Counted from the stretch's first letter, positions 46,294-55,860 are shown. The stretch: DNA of 62,042 nt from an uncultured Candidatus Saccharibacteria bacterium (GCA_964642275.1 CAZXOA010000004.1:1-62042); one strand, 5' to 3'. The notes: generated from the letters alone by a model not told the origin. Made by a program: numbers and translations.

Positions 46294-47022
46294 TTATTTG
46301 CCAAAGCGGCGCTGGCGTTTGGCGTATTGCAGCAGGCAGAGTTTGAGGTCTTGCTTGTTAAAATCCGGCCAGTATTTGTCGACAAACATATACTCTGCAT
46401 AGGCCGCACGCCATAGCATAAATCCGCTCGTTCGATACTCGCCAGAAGTACGAATCACTAAGTCAACCGGCGGCAGATCCGGCTCATTCAGGGCGTCTTC
46501 GAATTCACGCACGCTCAGGCGCTTTGGATCCACGTTGTGGCGCAGCAGCTTCTTGGCGGCATCGACAATCTCTTGCTGGCCGCCGTAGTTGATACACAGC
46601 GCCAAGGTTCCGCGCGTAAAATGCTCTGTGTGTTTCACCGCTTTATCGATCGCCTTCAGCACATCTTTTGGCAAGCCTTCGCGCGAACCAACATGCACAA
46701 TGCGTATTTCGTTTTCTTCAATATCTTTCATATAGATATCCAGAAACCGGATAATGAGCTTCATCAGAAGTGTCACCTCGGTCTTGGACCGCTTCCAGTT
46801 TTCGGTAGAAAAAACAAAGGCGGAGACATATTTGATGCCTGCATTAATAGCCATAATACCTATACGCTTGAGTACATCGGCACCCTCGTAGTGGCCTTTG
46901 GCAGCGGGCAGGCCTTGATCTGTTGCCCAGCGTCGATTGCCGTCCAGTATCAGGCCAAGGTGGTCTGGCAAGACAAATTTCGGGGACGAAGCTTCTGGGT
47001 GCTTGCGGGAGAGCAATTTCAT
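46294..47022 (-). CDS. uppS: Isoprenyl transferase (undecaprenyl diphosphate synthase)
   Basis: HLGLILDGNRRWA and IRTSGE.R.S.F.LW motifs. 242 aa. Confidence 0.95.
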   Translation of the reverse strand: MKLLSRKHPEASSPKFVLPDHLGLILDGNRRWATDQGLPAAKGHYEGADVLKRIGIMAINAGIKYVSAFVFSTENWKRSKTEVTLLMKLIIRFLDIYMKDIEENEIRIVHVGSREGLPKDVLKAIDKAVKHTEHFTRGTLALCINYGGQQEIVDAAKKLLRHNVDPKRLSVREFEDALNEPDLPPVDLVIRTSGEYRTSGFMLWRAAYAEYMFVDKYWPDFNKQDLKLCLLQYAKRQRRFGK

Positions 47023-47039
47023 GGTTGCCTGTTCATGGC

Positions 47040-47603
47040 CTAAACGGTCATGATTTCAGCCTCTTTGGTCTTGGCGGATGTATCGACTTCTATCTGCTGC
47101 TTTTTCATCGCATCTTCGATGCCTGCGCTCAGGCGCTTGGCATCATCTTCGCCAATTTCTTTGTCCTTTTTGGCAGCGTCGATTGCCTCCATAGCTTCGC
47201 GGCGCACGCCGCGCAAAGCGATATTGCAGTCCTCTACTTTGCCGCCGAGCTGTTTGACAATTTCGCGCCTTCGCTCTTCTGTGAGCGCCGGGATTGGTAC
47301 ACGCACCACCCGGCCGTCATCGCTTGGGTTCAGCCCTAGGGAAGGATTATCACGAATAGCAGTGACAATCGCCTGCAGATTGCTCGGGTCAAACGGCGTA
47401 ATCTGCAGCAGCTGAGCCTCTGGGGTGGTAATGTTGCTGACCTGATTAAGCGGCGTTGGCGCACCATACGCAAGCACCATCACGCCATCGAGCATGCCCG
47501 GATGAGCACGGCCGGTACGGATTTTTTTTAGCTCTTCTATAAAGTGTTCGTAAGCCCGTTTGAACTTTGCCTCTGCATCACTGACTACTTGGTTTGGCGT
47601 CAT
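47040..47603 (-). CDS. frr: Ribosome recycling factor
   Basis: Typical RRF sequence (IRTGRAHPGMLD, LNPS.DG..VRVP.P.LTEERR). 187 aa. Confidence 0.96.
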   Translation of the reverse strand: MTPNQVVSDAEAKFKRAYEHFIEELKKIRTGRAHPGMLDGVMVLAYGAPTPLNQVSNITTPEAQLLQITPFDPSNLQAIVTAIRDNPSLGLNPSDDGRVVRVPIPALTEERRREIVKQLGGKVEDCNIALRGVRREAMEAIDAAKKDKEIGEDDAKRLSAGIEDAMKKQQIEVDTSAKTKEAEIMTV

Positions 47604-47605
47604 AA

Positions 47606-47827
47606 TTATTGGTCTCCCTTAACGATGTTACTTGGTGTTTGTCGAACATAACATTCAGAGTGATAATTTCCTCCACCATAATCGGGAATAATCCCTGCAT
47701 CAAATACGGTCTCCACCTCTCCATCCAAAGATCCATCACCACTTACTACTTGAGGAACATCTGAAAAAACATGCGTTGGTATATCCTCAGGATCTCCCTC
47801 CCAGCCCCATGAAACATATTCACTCAT
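47606..47827 (-). CDS. Small acidic hypothetical protein (73 aa) in the position usually held by pyrH
   Basis: SD GGGAG lies 6 nt upstream of the ATG. It ends 2 nt before the frr start. No family recognised. Confidence 0.5.
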   Translation of the reverse strand: MSEYVSWGWEGDPEDIPTHVFSDVPQVVSGDGSLDGEVETVFDAGIIPDYGGGNYHSECYVRQTPSNIVKGDQ

Positions 47828-47872
47828 AAATTCTCCCGCTACTTAAGCTGCTCTAATTGTAGTGCAGTGCAA

Positions 47873-47922
47873 GAAAAAAACGAAGCCCGCAAACGAGCCG
47901 TATTGAAATACGGTGAGTGCGG
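47873..47922 (-). terminator. Rho-independent terminator downstream of tsf
   Basis: Nested stems CCGCA/TGCGG and CCGTAT/ATACGG (47887-47922), followed on the minus strand by GCTTCGTTTTTTTC. Confidence 0.7.
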
Positions 47923-47964
47923 ACTGGAGTTTTTGCCGCAGGAATGTGCTGCAAAGTAGGCAGT

Positions 47965-48555
47965 TTAAGCTACTTCGCCGAGGGCGATGCGTGAGAAGCG
48001 GCGTACCACGACGTTTTCGCCGAGCCGGGCGTTGTGTTCTTTTACATAGCCACCGACTGTTTGGTCGGGGTTCTTAATGAACGGCTGGTCCAGTAGACAG
48101 CGCTCGGCAAAGTACTTGTTCAGCTGGCCTTCGACAATCTTGTCGGCCATGTCGGCTGGCTTGCCTTTGAGGGCGTCACCGGCAAGCAGTTCCTGCTTTT
48201 TGGCTTCGCGGGCTTCGGCTGGAATTTCATCAGCCGATACAAACTCGGGGTTTGACGCCGCAATGTGCATGGCCACATCCTTGACAAGGTCAGTAAAAAT
48301 CTCGTTGCGAGCCACAAAGTCGGTCTCGCAGTTGACCTCTACAATCACGCCGATGCGGCTGTCATGATTATATGTGCCGACGAGACCTTGGCGGGCTTCG
48401 CGCTCGCCACGCTTGTCGGCTTTGGTCAGACCTTTTTTGCGCATAGCCTCGAGCGCCTTGTCGAAGTCGCCGTTAGCTTCTTCAAGCGCCGCTTTGGCGT
48501 CGGTCAGGCCTACGCCGGTTAGTTCTTTTAGTCTCTTTATATCTTCAATGCTCAT
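47965..48555 (-). CDS. tsf: Elongation factor Ts (short form)
   Basis: UBA-like N-terminus IKRLKELTGVGLTDAKAALEEANGD. The start was trimmed to ATG 48555. 196 aa. Confidence 0.93.
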   Translation of the reverse strand: MSIEDIKRLKELTGVGLTDAKAALEEANGDFDKALEAMRKKGLTKADKRGEREARQGLVGTYNHDSRIGVIVEVNCETDFVARNEIFTDLVKDVAMHIAASNPEFVSADEIPAEAREAKKQELLAGDALKGKPADMADKIVEGQLNKYFAERCLLDQPFIKNPDQTVGGYVKEHNARLGENVVVRRFSRIALGEVA

Positions 48556-48564
48556 ACTACTCTC

Positions 48565-48683
48565 CATTTGCGATTGACCATTGGCAATGGGCAAAATATG
48601 CGCAATTGACTATTAGCGATGCAGCCTCATCGTCAATTGCTAATCGCCAAGCTTTTGCTAATGGCAAATTGTTAATTGCTAAT
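48565..48683. repeat. 7-nt-periodic inverted arrays and a central palindrome filling the rpsB-tsf spacer
   Basis: Left array is CATTTGC GATTGAC CATTGGC AATGGGC (48565-48592). Right array is TGCTAAT GGCAAAT TGTTAAT TGCTAAT (48656-48683). Central hairpin is GCAATTGA/TCAATTGC plus CGATG/CATCG (48602-48640). Confidence 0.7.
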
Positions 48684-49414
48684 TATTTTTCTTCTGCTTC
48701 TTCAGTCTTATCGGCTGGCTTTGCGGCCTTTGCTTTGCCGGCTTCGATTGCGCTCTTTACGTACTCGGCAATCAGCTCAAGTGTCTTTATGGCGTCATCG
48801 TTGCTTGGGATCGGGTAGGTAATGTCAGCAGGGTTCGTATTGGTGTCGCAGATTGCAACGATTGGCAGACCGAGCTTCTTGGCCTCGAGCACCGCGTTTT
48901 TGTCGTGCCCTGGGTCAAACACAAACACAGCACCGACACGGGCGTGCATGTCTTTGATGCCGCCGTAGAGCACGTTCATAGCGTCAATTTCTTCCTGGAA
49001 ACGCTGGATTTCAAGCTTGTTGTACTTCTTGGCAAGCTCACCGCTCTCCATCTTTTCTTCAAGATTTTTGAGGTGCTTGATGCGCCCGCCAATAGTGTTT
49101 TGATTGGTCAGCATACCGCCGGCCCAACGATCAACAACAAACGGGTTGTTGGTATCAACTGCAAGCTGCTTGGCAATCACCTGCGCTTGGCGCTTGGTGC
49201 CGACAAACAGTATCTGTCGTCCAGCCGCAGAGGTCTGTGTGATAAAACCCAGGGCTTCTTCGAGCTTCTCAACCGTCTTTGTCAGGTCGATAATATGCGA
49301 GCCGTTCCGCTTGCTGTGGATATATTGCGCCATGGCCGGGTGCCAACGGCTAGTTTTGTGGCCAAAATGCGCGCCAGCCGACAATAGCGCCTTGATGTCT
49401 ACTTGCGTAGCCAT
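48683..49414 (-). CDS. rpsB: 30S ribosomal protein S2
   Basis: Typical S2 sequence (LLSAGAHFGH, GTKRQA) with a Lys/Glu/Ala-rich C-terminal tail. 243 aa. Confidence 0.97.
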   Translation of the reverse strand: MATQVDIKALLSAGAHFGHKTSRWHPAMAQYIHSKRNGSHIIDLTKTVEKLEEALGFITQTSAAGRQILFVGTKRQAQVIAKQLAVDTNNPFVVDRWAGGMLTNQNTIGGRIKHLKNLEEKMESGELAKKYNKLEIQRFQEEIDAMNVLYGGIKDMHARVGAVFVFDPGHDKNAVLEAKKLGLPIVAICDTNTNPADITYPIPSNDDAIKTLELIAEYVKSAIEAGKAKAAKPADKTEEAEEK

Positions 49415-49530
49415 ATGTTTCTCTCCTTGTTCTTCGTCATGGGTACCTGTGGAGCCCTACATAGGCTATCCGCAGGAGGATTCTGTCCCGAGACTGCTTA
49501 ATTAGTTACTTGTTTATTCTAACAGGTGTG

Positions 49531-49559
49531 TTGACCTATTGCAACAGATGGGCTATACT
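49531..49559 (+). promoter_or_regulatory. Sigma-70-type promoter of rpmE (TTGACC, 17-nt spacer, TATACT)
   Basis: -35 at 49531-49536 and -10 at 49554-49559. The ATG at 49570 is only 10 nt after the -10, implying a very short leader. Confidence 0.65.
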
Positions 49560-49569
49560 AGCCTAGATT

Positions 49570-49902
49570 ATGAAAAAAGATCTCCACCACAAAGACTACC
49601 GACTTGTCGTGTTCGAGGACCTCAATAATGGCACTCGTATCCTGACACGATCCACAGTCGCATCAGAAGAAACTGTCAAATGGGAAGATGGCAACGAATA
49701 CCCGCTGGTAAAAGTACATATCAGTAGTAGCTCTCACCCGTTCTTCACAGGCGAAGAGCGCATCGTTGACATCGAAGGCCGCGTTGACAAGTTCAAGGCC
49801 CGCGCCGAAGCTGCTAAGAAAGCCCGCGAAGCCAAGCAGCCGAAAAAAGCCCGTAAGTCAGAAGACAAGGCCGAAGCAGCCAAAAAAATCGGCGCCCGTT
49901 AG
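49570..49902 (+). CDS. rpmE: 50S ribosomal protein L31, type B (no CxxC zinc motif), with a basic C-terminal extension
   Basis: [15 protein letters not shown]...HPFFTG pattern of type B L31. 110 aa. Confidence 0.92.
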   Translation: MKKDLHHKDYRLVVFEDLNNGTRILTRSTVASEETVKWEDGNEYPLVKVHISSSSHPFFTGEERIVDIEGRVDKFKARAEAAKKAREAKQPKKARKSEDKAEAAKKIGAR

Positions 49903-49915
49903 CGACCACGAAACC

Positions 49916-49948
49916 AAAAACCGCCCTACCGAGTAGTGGCGGTTTTTT
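49916..49948 (+). terminator. Rho-independent terminator after rpmE
   Basis: AAAAACCGCC...GGCGGTTTTTT stem-loop with a U-tract. Confidence 0.75.
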
Positions 49949-49966
49949 ATATACTTGAGGATGAAC

Positions 49967-51022
49967 ATGCAAGAAAAATCACAAACATACCGATCTGAAC
50001 TCACCGAACTGGAATCCAAACTGCAGGATCCAGGCATCTTCAGCACACCCGAATACCCTAAACTTGCAAAACGGCTTAGCGACCTGCAAGAGCTCGTTGG
50101 ATTGTTTGACGAGATCGCAAGGCTGCGGGCTCAGCGGACAGAGGCAGAAGAGCTGGCGCGCGGTAATGATGAAATGGCAGAGCTCGCCCAGGCAGAGCTC
50201 CAAGAAATTGATACGAAACTACCCGAACTTGAGAGTAGATTGCAGGAAGCACTGACACCAAAAGATCCCAACGACGAGCGCAATGCTATCTTCGAAATCC
50301 GCGCCGCAGCCGGCGGTGATGAATCGTCCTTATTCGCCGCTGAGCTCTACCGCATGTATGCCCGCTTCTGTGAAACCCACAACCTCAAGGTAGAGCTTCT
50401 GAGCGAGAGCCCCTCAGACGCTGGCGGATTTAAAGAGATCAGCTTCATCGTCCGAGGAGTCGAAGCTTACGGCCAGCTCAAATTCGAGGCCGGTGTGCAG
50501 CGTGTGCAGCGCGTCCCGGCTACCGAATCTCAGGGGCGTATCCATACCAGCACCGTCACCGTTGCCGTGCTGCCCGAGGCAGAAGAATCAGATATAGAGA
50601 TCAAAGATAACGACCTACGCGTCGATGTCTACCGCAGCGGCGGCCACGGCGGCCAGTCCGTCAACACCACTGACTCGGCCGTCCGTATTACGCACATCCC
50701 AACTGGTATTGTCGTTACCAATCAGGACGAAAAATCTCAGATCAAAAACAAGCTCAAAGCCATGAGTGTGCTGCGAAGCCGCCTGCTCCAGAATAAAATT
50801 GATGAAGAAAATGCCAAACTATCCGCCCAGCGCCAAAAGCTCATCGGCAGCGGCGACCGCTCAGAAAAAATCCGAACCTATAATTTCCCGCAGGATCGTA
50901 TCACCGATCATCGTATCGGCTACAGCCGGTCAAACATCCCCGGTGCCTTGAGCGGCCAAATCGACGACCTCATAGAAGAACTCAAAAAAGCCGAACACGA
51001 ACTGCTTGCAGATGAAGGCTGA
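49967..51022 (+). CDS. prfA: Peptide chain release factor 1
   Basis: PAT tripeptide (RVPATES) and a GGQ motif (GGHGGQSVN). ATG 49967 is preferred because GAGG lies 6 nt upstream. The ORF opens at TTG 49955. Confidence 0.96.
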   Translation: MQEKSQTYRSELTELESKLQDPGIFSTPEYPKLAKRLSDLQELVGLFDEIARLRAQRTEAEELARGNDEMAELAQAELQEIDTKLPELESRLQEALTPKDPNDERNAIFEIRAAAGGDESSLFAAELYRMYARFCETHNLKVELLSESPSDAGGFKEISFIVRGVEAYGQLKFEAGVQRVQRVPATESQGRIHTSTVTVAVLPEAEESDIEIKDNDLRVDVYRSGGHGGQSVNTTDSAVRITHIPTGIVVTNQDEKSQIKNKLKAMSVLRSRLLQNKIDEENAKLSAQRQKLIGSGDRSEKIRTYNFPQDRITDHRIGYSRSNIPGALSGQIDDLIEELKKAEHELLADEG

Positions 51023-51848
51023 AGCTTGGCTTGCTAGGGCTGCTAAAGAGCTTGGGTCCAGCGGTATATCGACTGCACGACTGGACGCTCTAGTTTTACT
51101 TGAGGACGCCACTGGTAAAGACCGGGCTTGGATACTTGCCCATACTGGCTTTGAGTTGCAAGCTTCCAATGTACAAAAACTAGATAAACAGATAAAGCGT
51201 CGGGCAGCGCACGAGCCGTTGGCTTATATCCGCGGCAAGAGCGAGTTCTATGGGCGGGAGTTTAAGGTGACGCCCGCTACACTGCAGCCGCGGCCGGAGA
51301 CAGAGACTATGCTTGAACTGCTGTTCGAGCAAGTTGAAAGTGGGAAGTTGAAAGTGGGAAGTGTCATAGATGTGGGTACTGGTTCCGGGGCGATTGCCAT
51401 TACAGCCAAACTGGAGTGGCCAGAGGTAAATGTTTACGCTACAGAAATCAATGGGGATGCGCTGGAAGTTGCCAGACAAAACGCCCGGAAGCTCGATGCA
51501 GACATACAGCTTTACCAAGGCAACTTGCTAGAGCCCTTGACATCTGGAATCTGGAATCTGGAATCTGGCAAGTTGGCGATTCTTGCCAATTTACCCTACG
51601 TGCCGGACAGCCACACGATCAACCAAGCCGCTATGCAGGAACCGAAGGTCGCGATTTTTGGCGGCGAAGACGGATTAGATCTTTACCGCGAGCTATTCAC
51701 TCAAATATCAAATATCAAATATCAAATATTGGTCATGTTGACCGAGTCTTTGCCCTTCCAGCACCAAGCGCTGGCGGACATCGCCCGGACAGCAGGATAT
51801 GAGCTGCAACAAACTGAGGACTTCATCCAGATTTTCTGTCCAGCTTAG
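51006..51848 (+). CDS. prmC: Release-factor glutamine N5-methyltransferase PrmC/HemK
   Basis: Motif [12 protein letters not shown] and an NLPYV (NPPY-type) motif. It overlaps the prfA end by 17 nt. It carries three internal short-unit tandem arrays. Confidence 0.88.
   Translation: MQMKAEAWLARAAKELGSSGISTARLDALVLLEDATGKDRAWILAHTGFELQASNVQKLDKQIKRRAAHEPLAYIRGKSEFYGREFKVTPATLQPRPETETMLELLFEQVESGKLKVGSVIDVGTGSGAIAITAKLEWPEVNVYATEINGDALEVARQNARKLDADIQLYQGNLLEPLTSGIWNLESGKLAILANLPYVPDSHTINQAAMQEPKVAIFGGEDGLDLYRELFTQISNIKYQILVMLTESLPFQHQALADIARTAGYELQQTEDFIQIFCPA
51331..51363. repeat. 14-nt (2 x 7) unit AAGTTGAAAGTGGG x2.4 inside prmC
   Basis: Units at 51331-44 and 51345-58, partial unit at 51359-63. 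Encodes [10 protein letters not shown]. Confidence 0.9.
51542..51569. repeat. (ATCTGGA)x4 heptamer array inside prmC
   Basis: Units at 51542-48, 51549-55, 51556-62 and 51563-69 (last unit ATCTGGC). Encodes SGIWNLESG, just before the NPPY-type motif. Confidence 0.9.
51702..51729. repeat. (CAAATAT)x4 heptamer array inside prmC, same unit as the rsmE array
   Basis: Four perfect units at 51702-51729. Encodes QISNIKYQI. 51705-51731 is identical to the sense strand of 36145-36171. Confidence 0.9.
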
Positions 51849-51885
51849 GAGAGAAGAGGTGAAAAGCCGTGAGGTTTGTCTCACT

Positions 51886-53106
51886 CTAGTTTTGCGGGGC
51901 TGCTTCGAGCTTGAGAGACAGCTTCTGCTCATTGCCGTCGCGAACAATGGTGAGTTCGACTGTTTCGCCTACCGTAAAGCGTCCGAGTACTGATACCAGG
52001 CTATTTTTCTCGTCGATTTTTGTGCCGTTGATAGCAGTGATGATGTCCTTCTGTCTTAGACCGGCCCTATCCGCAGGGCTGCCGCTTATGACCGGTGATT
52101 GGCCGGACTGATTCGGTGCGATGTAGGCGCCTCGTTTTGTGTCCAGATTGTAATAGTACGCTGCATCATCTGTCAGCGATACGTATCTGACGCCCAGATA
52201 TGGCCGTTCGAGTTTGCCGTTTTTCTGCACGCTGGCAATCAGACCTTTGACATCGTTGATAGGAATCGCAAAACCAATATTGTTGGCATCGGCAACCGCG
52301 ACATTAATGCCGATGACTTCGCCACTGAGGTTCATCAGCGGGCCGCCGGAGTTGCCAGGATTAATAGCCGCATCAGTCTGAAACAGGTTCTGCAGGGACT
52401 CGATGCTGTTGCCGTCGCGTGCCTGCACATCGCGGCCGTAGCCGGACAGGATACCGCTGGTGACAGTATTCTCGAACTGGCCCAAGGCATTGCCGATAGC
52501 AATAACCCTATCACCCACTTCCATAGCGCCGGAGTCGCCAATCTTTGCAACAGTGAGCTCCTTGCCCTTGGTATCGTTTATCTTGAGGAAGGCGATATCA
52601 AGCGGATCGCTACCGGCCGTGCGTCCAATGACTTCAACATTATCTAGAAGCGTCCCGTCGGACAATGTCACTGATACAGATGTAGCTCCCGCCGGAATAA
52701 CATGGCGGTTCGTGATAACTATGCCGTCGCTGCTGATAATAACGCCCGTGCCAGCGCCCTCTTGCTCAGACTGCTGCAACCCGAAAAATCCTTGATATGT
52801 CGTCTGGGATGTCACACTGATAGATACGACACTCGGTCCTACCTGCTTGGTAATTTCACTAATAAGTTCGCCCTCTGACGAAACAATCTGCTGCCTGGTT
52901 TCGGTTGTGATTGAGCTGCTGCTGGTCTGTGTCGACGAGCCAACCCAGCCGCCGCCAAACCCGGCCGCTCCCGCCACTAGCACCAAGAGTGCTGTCTGCG
53001 CGGCGGTTGACTGCTTTTTTTTGCGTGCTTTTGGCGCAAGCGCAACTGGTCGCAAGACCTCTTGCTCTTGATCAGTTACCGGTGACTGCGGTGCCTCTAG
53101 TGCCAT
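51886..53106 (-). CDS. htrA: HtrA/DegP-family serine protease with a PDZ domain
   Basis: Catalytic GNSGGPL, His/Asp triad context and a C-terminal PDZ. N-terminal TM helix. 406 aa. Confidence 0.92.
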   Translation of the reverse strand: MALEAPQSPVTDQEQEVLRPVALAPKARKKKQSTAAQTALLVLVAGAAGFGGGWVGSSTQTSSSSITTETRQQIVSSEGELISEITKQVGPSVVSISVTSQTTYQGFFGLQQSEQEGAGTGVIISSDGIVITNRHVIPAGATSVSVTLSDGTLLDNVEVIGRTAGSDPLDIAFLKINDTKGKELTVAKIGDSGAMEVGDRVIAIGNALGQFENTVTSGILSGYGRDVQARDGNSIESLQNLFQTDAAINPGNSGGPLMNLSGEVIGINVAVADANNIGFAIPINDVKGLIASVQKNGKLERPYLGVRYVSLTDDAAYYYNLDTKRGAYIAPNQSGQSPVISGSPADRAGLRQKDIITAINGTKIDEKNSLVSVLGRFTVGETVELTIVRDGNEQKLSLKLEAAPQN

Positions 53107-53181
53107 CTGTTTTATACCCTGTGTTAGCTTGTCGTTCTATAAACTGTACCCGATATTTCTGAGAAATGACTTAAACTCCGG

Positions 53182-53931
53182 CTAAATAGTCTTGTCACCC
53201 CAGCTGGAGAACAAAACAATGACAGTAATGACAGCGGTCATTATGAGGATGATTTCGCGCTTGTATAGAGATGACAACCGGTCAAAATTTTCGAGATAAT
53301 AGAGCGCTGCCAGCCCATAGGAAAGAACTGTCAGCAGCAGCGCAGGCTGCGCTAGGAACCCGTAATACAGCAGCCAGTGACCAAGCACCCATGTCAGCGC
53401 AGCGGCAATATACCCCCATATATGCGAGAGCATTGAGCTCAACTGTTCGTCAAAGCTGCTGAAGAAGTGCCGGGCTGACAAGTAGCAGATAAACCATGAC
53501 GCCACTACGAGCAGCACAAGCGAAGATCGGCCCCAGAGCAAATACATGGCAGTCAATCCAATAAACTGCCCGAGAGCCGCCTGCATGGTTGTCCAGAAAA
53601 TCTTTGAGCGGGGTTTGATAACAATCAGCCAGAATTCGTATAACAGCAGCCATACCAGCTGCCAGGCGTTGCTTGGCGACTGTGCCATGAATACCACAAA
53701 GGACAATCCTACGATAATATCAACGGCATTAGCCCTGATGTTTGCCGGCCAATGCCGGGGACGAACTGCAAACATACGCCATTTGCTCAGAATAATGATT
53801 GCGTACGCAACAGGCAGGATAGACCATCTGACAAATACCAAAGCCAACACGGGCATAATTATGACCAAGGCCCAGTACACTAACCTGCTAAACCCGGTGG
53901 CGGGCTTCATTTTGGCAACTGCTCGTCTCAT
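53182..53931 (-). CDS. Hypothetical polytopic membrane protein
   Basis: 249-aa ORF with about 7 hydrophobic helices. No family recognised. Confidence 0.55.
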   Translation of the reverse strand: MRRAVAKMKPATGFSRLVYWALVIIMPVLALVFVRWSILPVAYAIIILSKWRMFAVRPRHWPANIRANAVDIIVGLSFVVFMAQSPSNAWQLVWLLLYEFWLIVIKPRSKIFWTTMQAALGQFIGLTAMYLLWGRSSLVLLVVASWFICYLSARHFFSSFDEQLSSMLSHIWGYIAAALTWVLGHWLLYYGFLAQPALLLTVLSYGLAALYYLENFDRLSSLYKREIILIMTAVITVIVLFSSWGDKTI

Positions 53932-53980
53932 GTCTGGGTTCTATTATATAGGCCAACCCGCACAGTCGGCTAGTCTTTTG

Positions 53981-55714
53981 TCATTCTGCTCCGATAATGA
54001 TGATGAAATCAGCGTCGCCTGGACTGATACCTGCGTCCGGCAAAGACGAGACAGCAGCCACGTTCAGCCGTTTTTCGAGATAATGACGGGTGTACTTGTT
54101 TTGGTTTGAGCGAAGGTCTATCAAGACCGTCTTAGCATATGTACTGGTTGGCGCATCACCGACAGAAGAGATGTTGTAGCCAAAGGACTTCAGCTCTGTG
54201 CTCATCTTGGTAGCTAGCCCAGGCGTACCGGTACCGTTGAGTATCATGACTTTGGCGTTTTCTTTCTTTAGAAAGGCGTCGCGCATGATATTCCGGACGT
54301 AAGCTTGGATATCGGCATAATTGAATGTGCCGGCCTTTGGCACCTGGACAGAAAGCCCCCCTATCATATCGCCGCCAACGTACTCATCCAGGCCGACTGA
54401 CACAACCTTGTCAGCAGTGATTTCTTTGGAGATATCATACAAACGCAGCATTTCGTTGACCGAAAAATCCGTCACGAGCTGGCCGCTAAAATCGCTCATA
54501 AGCTGGTTGAGCTTTAATGGATTAGCGAGTGTTCCAGTGCTGAGTATCTTATCTTTGAGGCCAAGAATTGTTGCACGCTGCCTGTCCGCCCGGGCAAAGT
54601 CGCCGCGTGCGCTTGTCTTGCGCGAGCGTGCAAATGCGAGGGCACGAAAGCCATCAAAGTGCTGCTGGCCCTGTTTGACGTTCAGTGTATAGTTGCGGCC
54701 GCCAATCCGCATGACCTCATACACTTCGAGGTCCTCTGTGACATTTACATCAATACCGCCAACAGTGTCGATAGCCTTGCGGAAACCAGCGAAGTCGATC
54801 ATCGCATAGTAATGGAGTGGTACGCCCATCGTCTCGCTGACGACTTTTTTGATGGCGTCTATGCCGGATTTTTCACTGGCATCTTTGGCTTCGTTACTGT
54901 CGCGGTCGCGGTAAGCATAGCTATTGAGAGTGGCCATCTTGGCATTTGCATAGACCTCGTTAATCTTTGACGCGTAGCCGTTGCTGCGCACCCAGAAATC
55001 ACGCGGGATACTAAGCAATGCCGCCTCGTTTGCAATCGGGTCTATACTTGCCACAATAATGGTATCTGTCAGATTGGGGCCGTCGCTTTGTTCGACACCG
55101 CCCTTTCCAAGCAGCAATATATTGATACGCCCGTCACCCTCGCCATTGAGCGCCGATGGGTCAATGTCGTCACTATGCAGTAGCGCAGAGTTGCCACCAC
55201 CCTTAAAAATACTGTTCGACAGCAAAAACGCCCGGATAGCAAACGCGCCGCCCAGCAGCACAACAAAAGCCCCCATGACCAAGGCTGCCCGTTTGAAGAT
55301 TTTTTTCTTCTTTGAACGCTGCTTTGTTTTGTCCTTTTTTGTGCGTTTGAACAGAGATTTTTTTGGCTTGCCATACGGCTTTTCTTCTGTTTGGCGGGAC
55401 TGGAACCCACCCATACGCCGGATAGACTGTTCGTCTGGCTCGGCAAAAGCATCGTCCAGATCTGCCGATTGCGACTCTCTGGCAGAATGGGATATTACCG
55501 ACTGCGAACTCGAGGTAAACCCATCGACGCTCTTGTTGAATGCCCCGATATTGCGAATCTTCCCAGGGGCACTTCCTGTCGGCTTCGGCTTGTAGTATTG
55601 ATTAAACGCGCCGAGCCCATCTCCAGGAGGAGACGGCTTGCCCGGCTTTTTGCCGACAATAAAGCCATCCAGAGAAGTATGAGCTTTTTTGTGTGTGCGT
55701 TTGAAATTATCCAT
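53981..55714 (-). CDS. LytR-CpsA-Psr (LCP) family protein with a C-terminal LytR_C-like domain
   Basis: Disordered basic N-terminus, TM helix, LCP core (INILLLG...TDTIIVASI...SIPRD) and C-terminal VMILNGTGTPGLA. 577 aa. Confidence 0.88.
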   Translation of the reverse strand: MDNFKRTHKKAHTSLDGFIVGKKPGKPSPPGDGLGAFNQYYKPKPTGSAPGKIRNIGAFNKSVDGFTSSSQSVISHSARESQSADLDDAFAEPDEQSIRRMGGFQSRQTEEKPYGKPKKSLFKRTKKDKTKQRSKKKKIFKRAALVMGAFVVLLGGAFAIRAFLLSNSIFKGGGNSALLHSDDIDPSALNGEGDGRINILLLGKGGVEQSDGPNLTDTIIVASIDPIANEAALLSIPRDFWVRSNGYASKINEVYANAKMATLNSYAYRDRDSNEAKDASEKSGIDAIKKVVSETMGVPLHYYAMIDFAGFRKAIDTVGGIDVNVTEDLEVYEVMRIGGRNYTLNVKQGQQHFDGFRALAFARSRKTSARGDFARADRQRATILGLKDKILSTGTLANPLKLNQLMSDFSGQLVTDFSVNEMLRLYDISKEITADKVVSVGLDEYVGGDMIGGLSVQVPKAGTFNYADIQAYVRNIMRDAFLKKENAKVMILNGTGTPGLATKMSTELKSFGYNISSVGDAPTSTYAKTVLIDLRSNQNKYTRHYLEKRLNVAAVSSLPDAGISPGDADFIIIIGAE

Positions 55715-55860
55715 AAAGTAACCAACTAAGTATAGCTGTCGTGCCTGCTGACGTAAACCGCCTGCAGCCCAATTATTGTACGGTACAGAAACTGAAGAAA
55801 AACTGAGAAGACCAAATGCTATCCAGATGCCGCATTTTAGTCTATAGTGAAGCCAGAATC

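Noticed and set aside
49415-49569. Strand-switch region between rpsB (-) and rpmE (+) as a candidate oriC.
   Set aside because: It has only one weak DnaA-box-like 9-mer (CTATCCGCA), and is otherwise explained by two divergent promoters and leaders.
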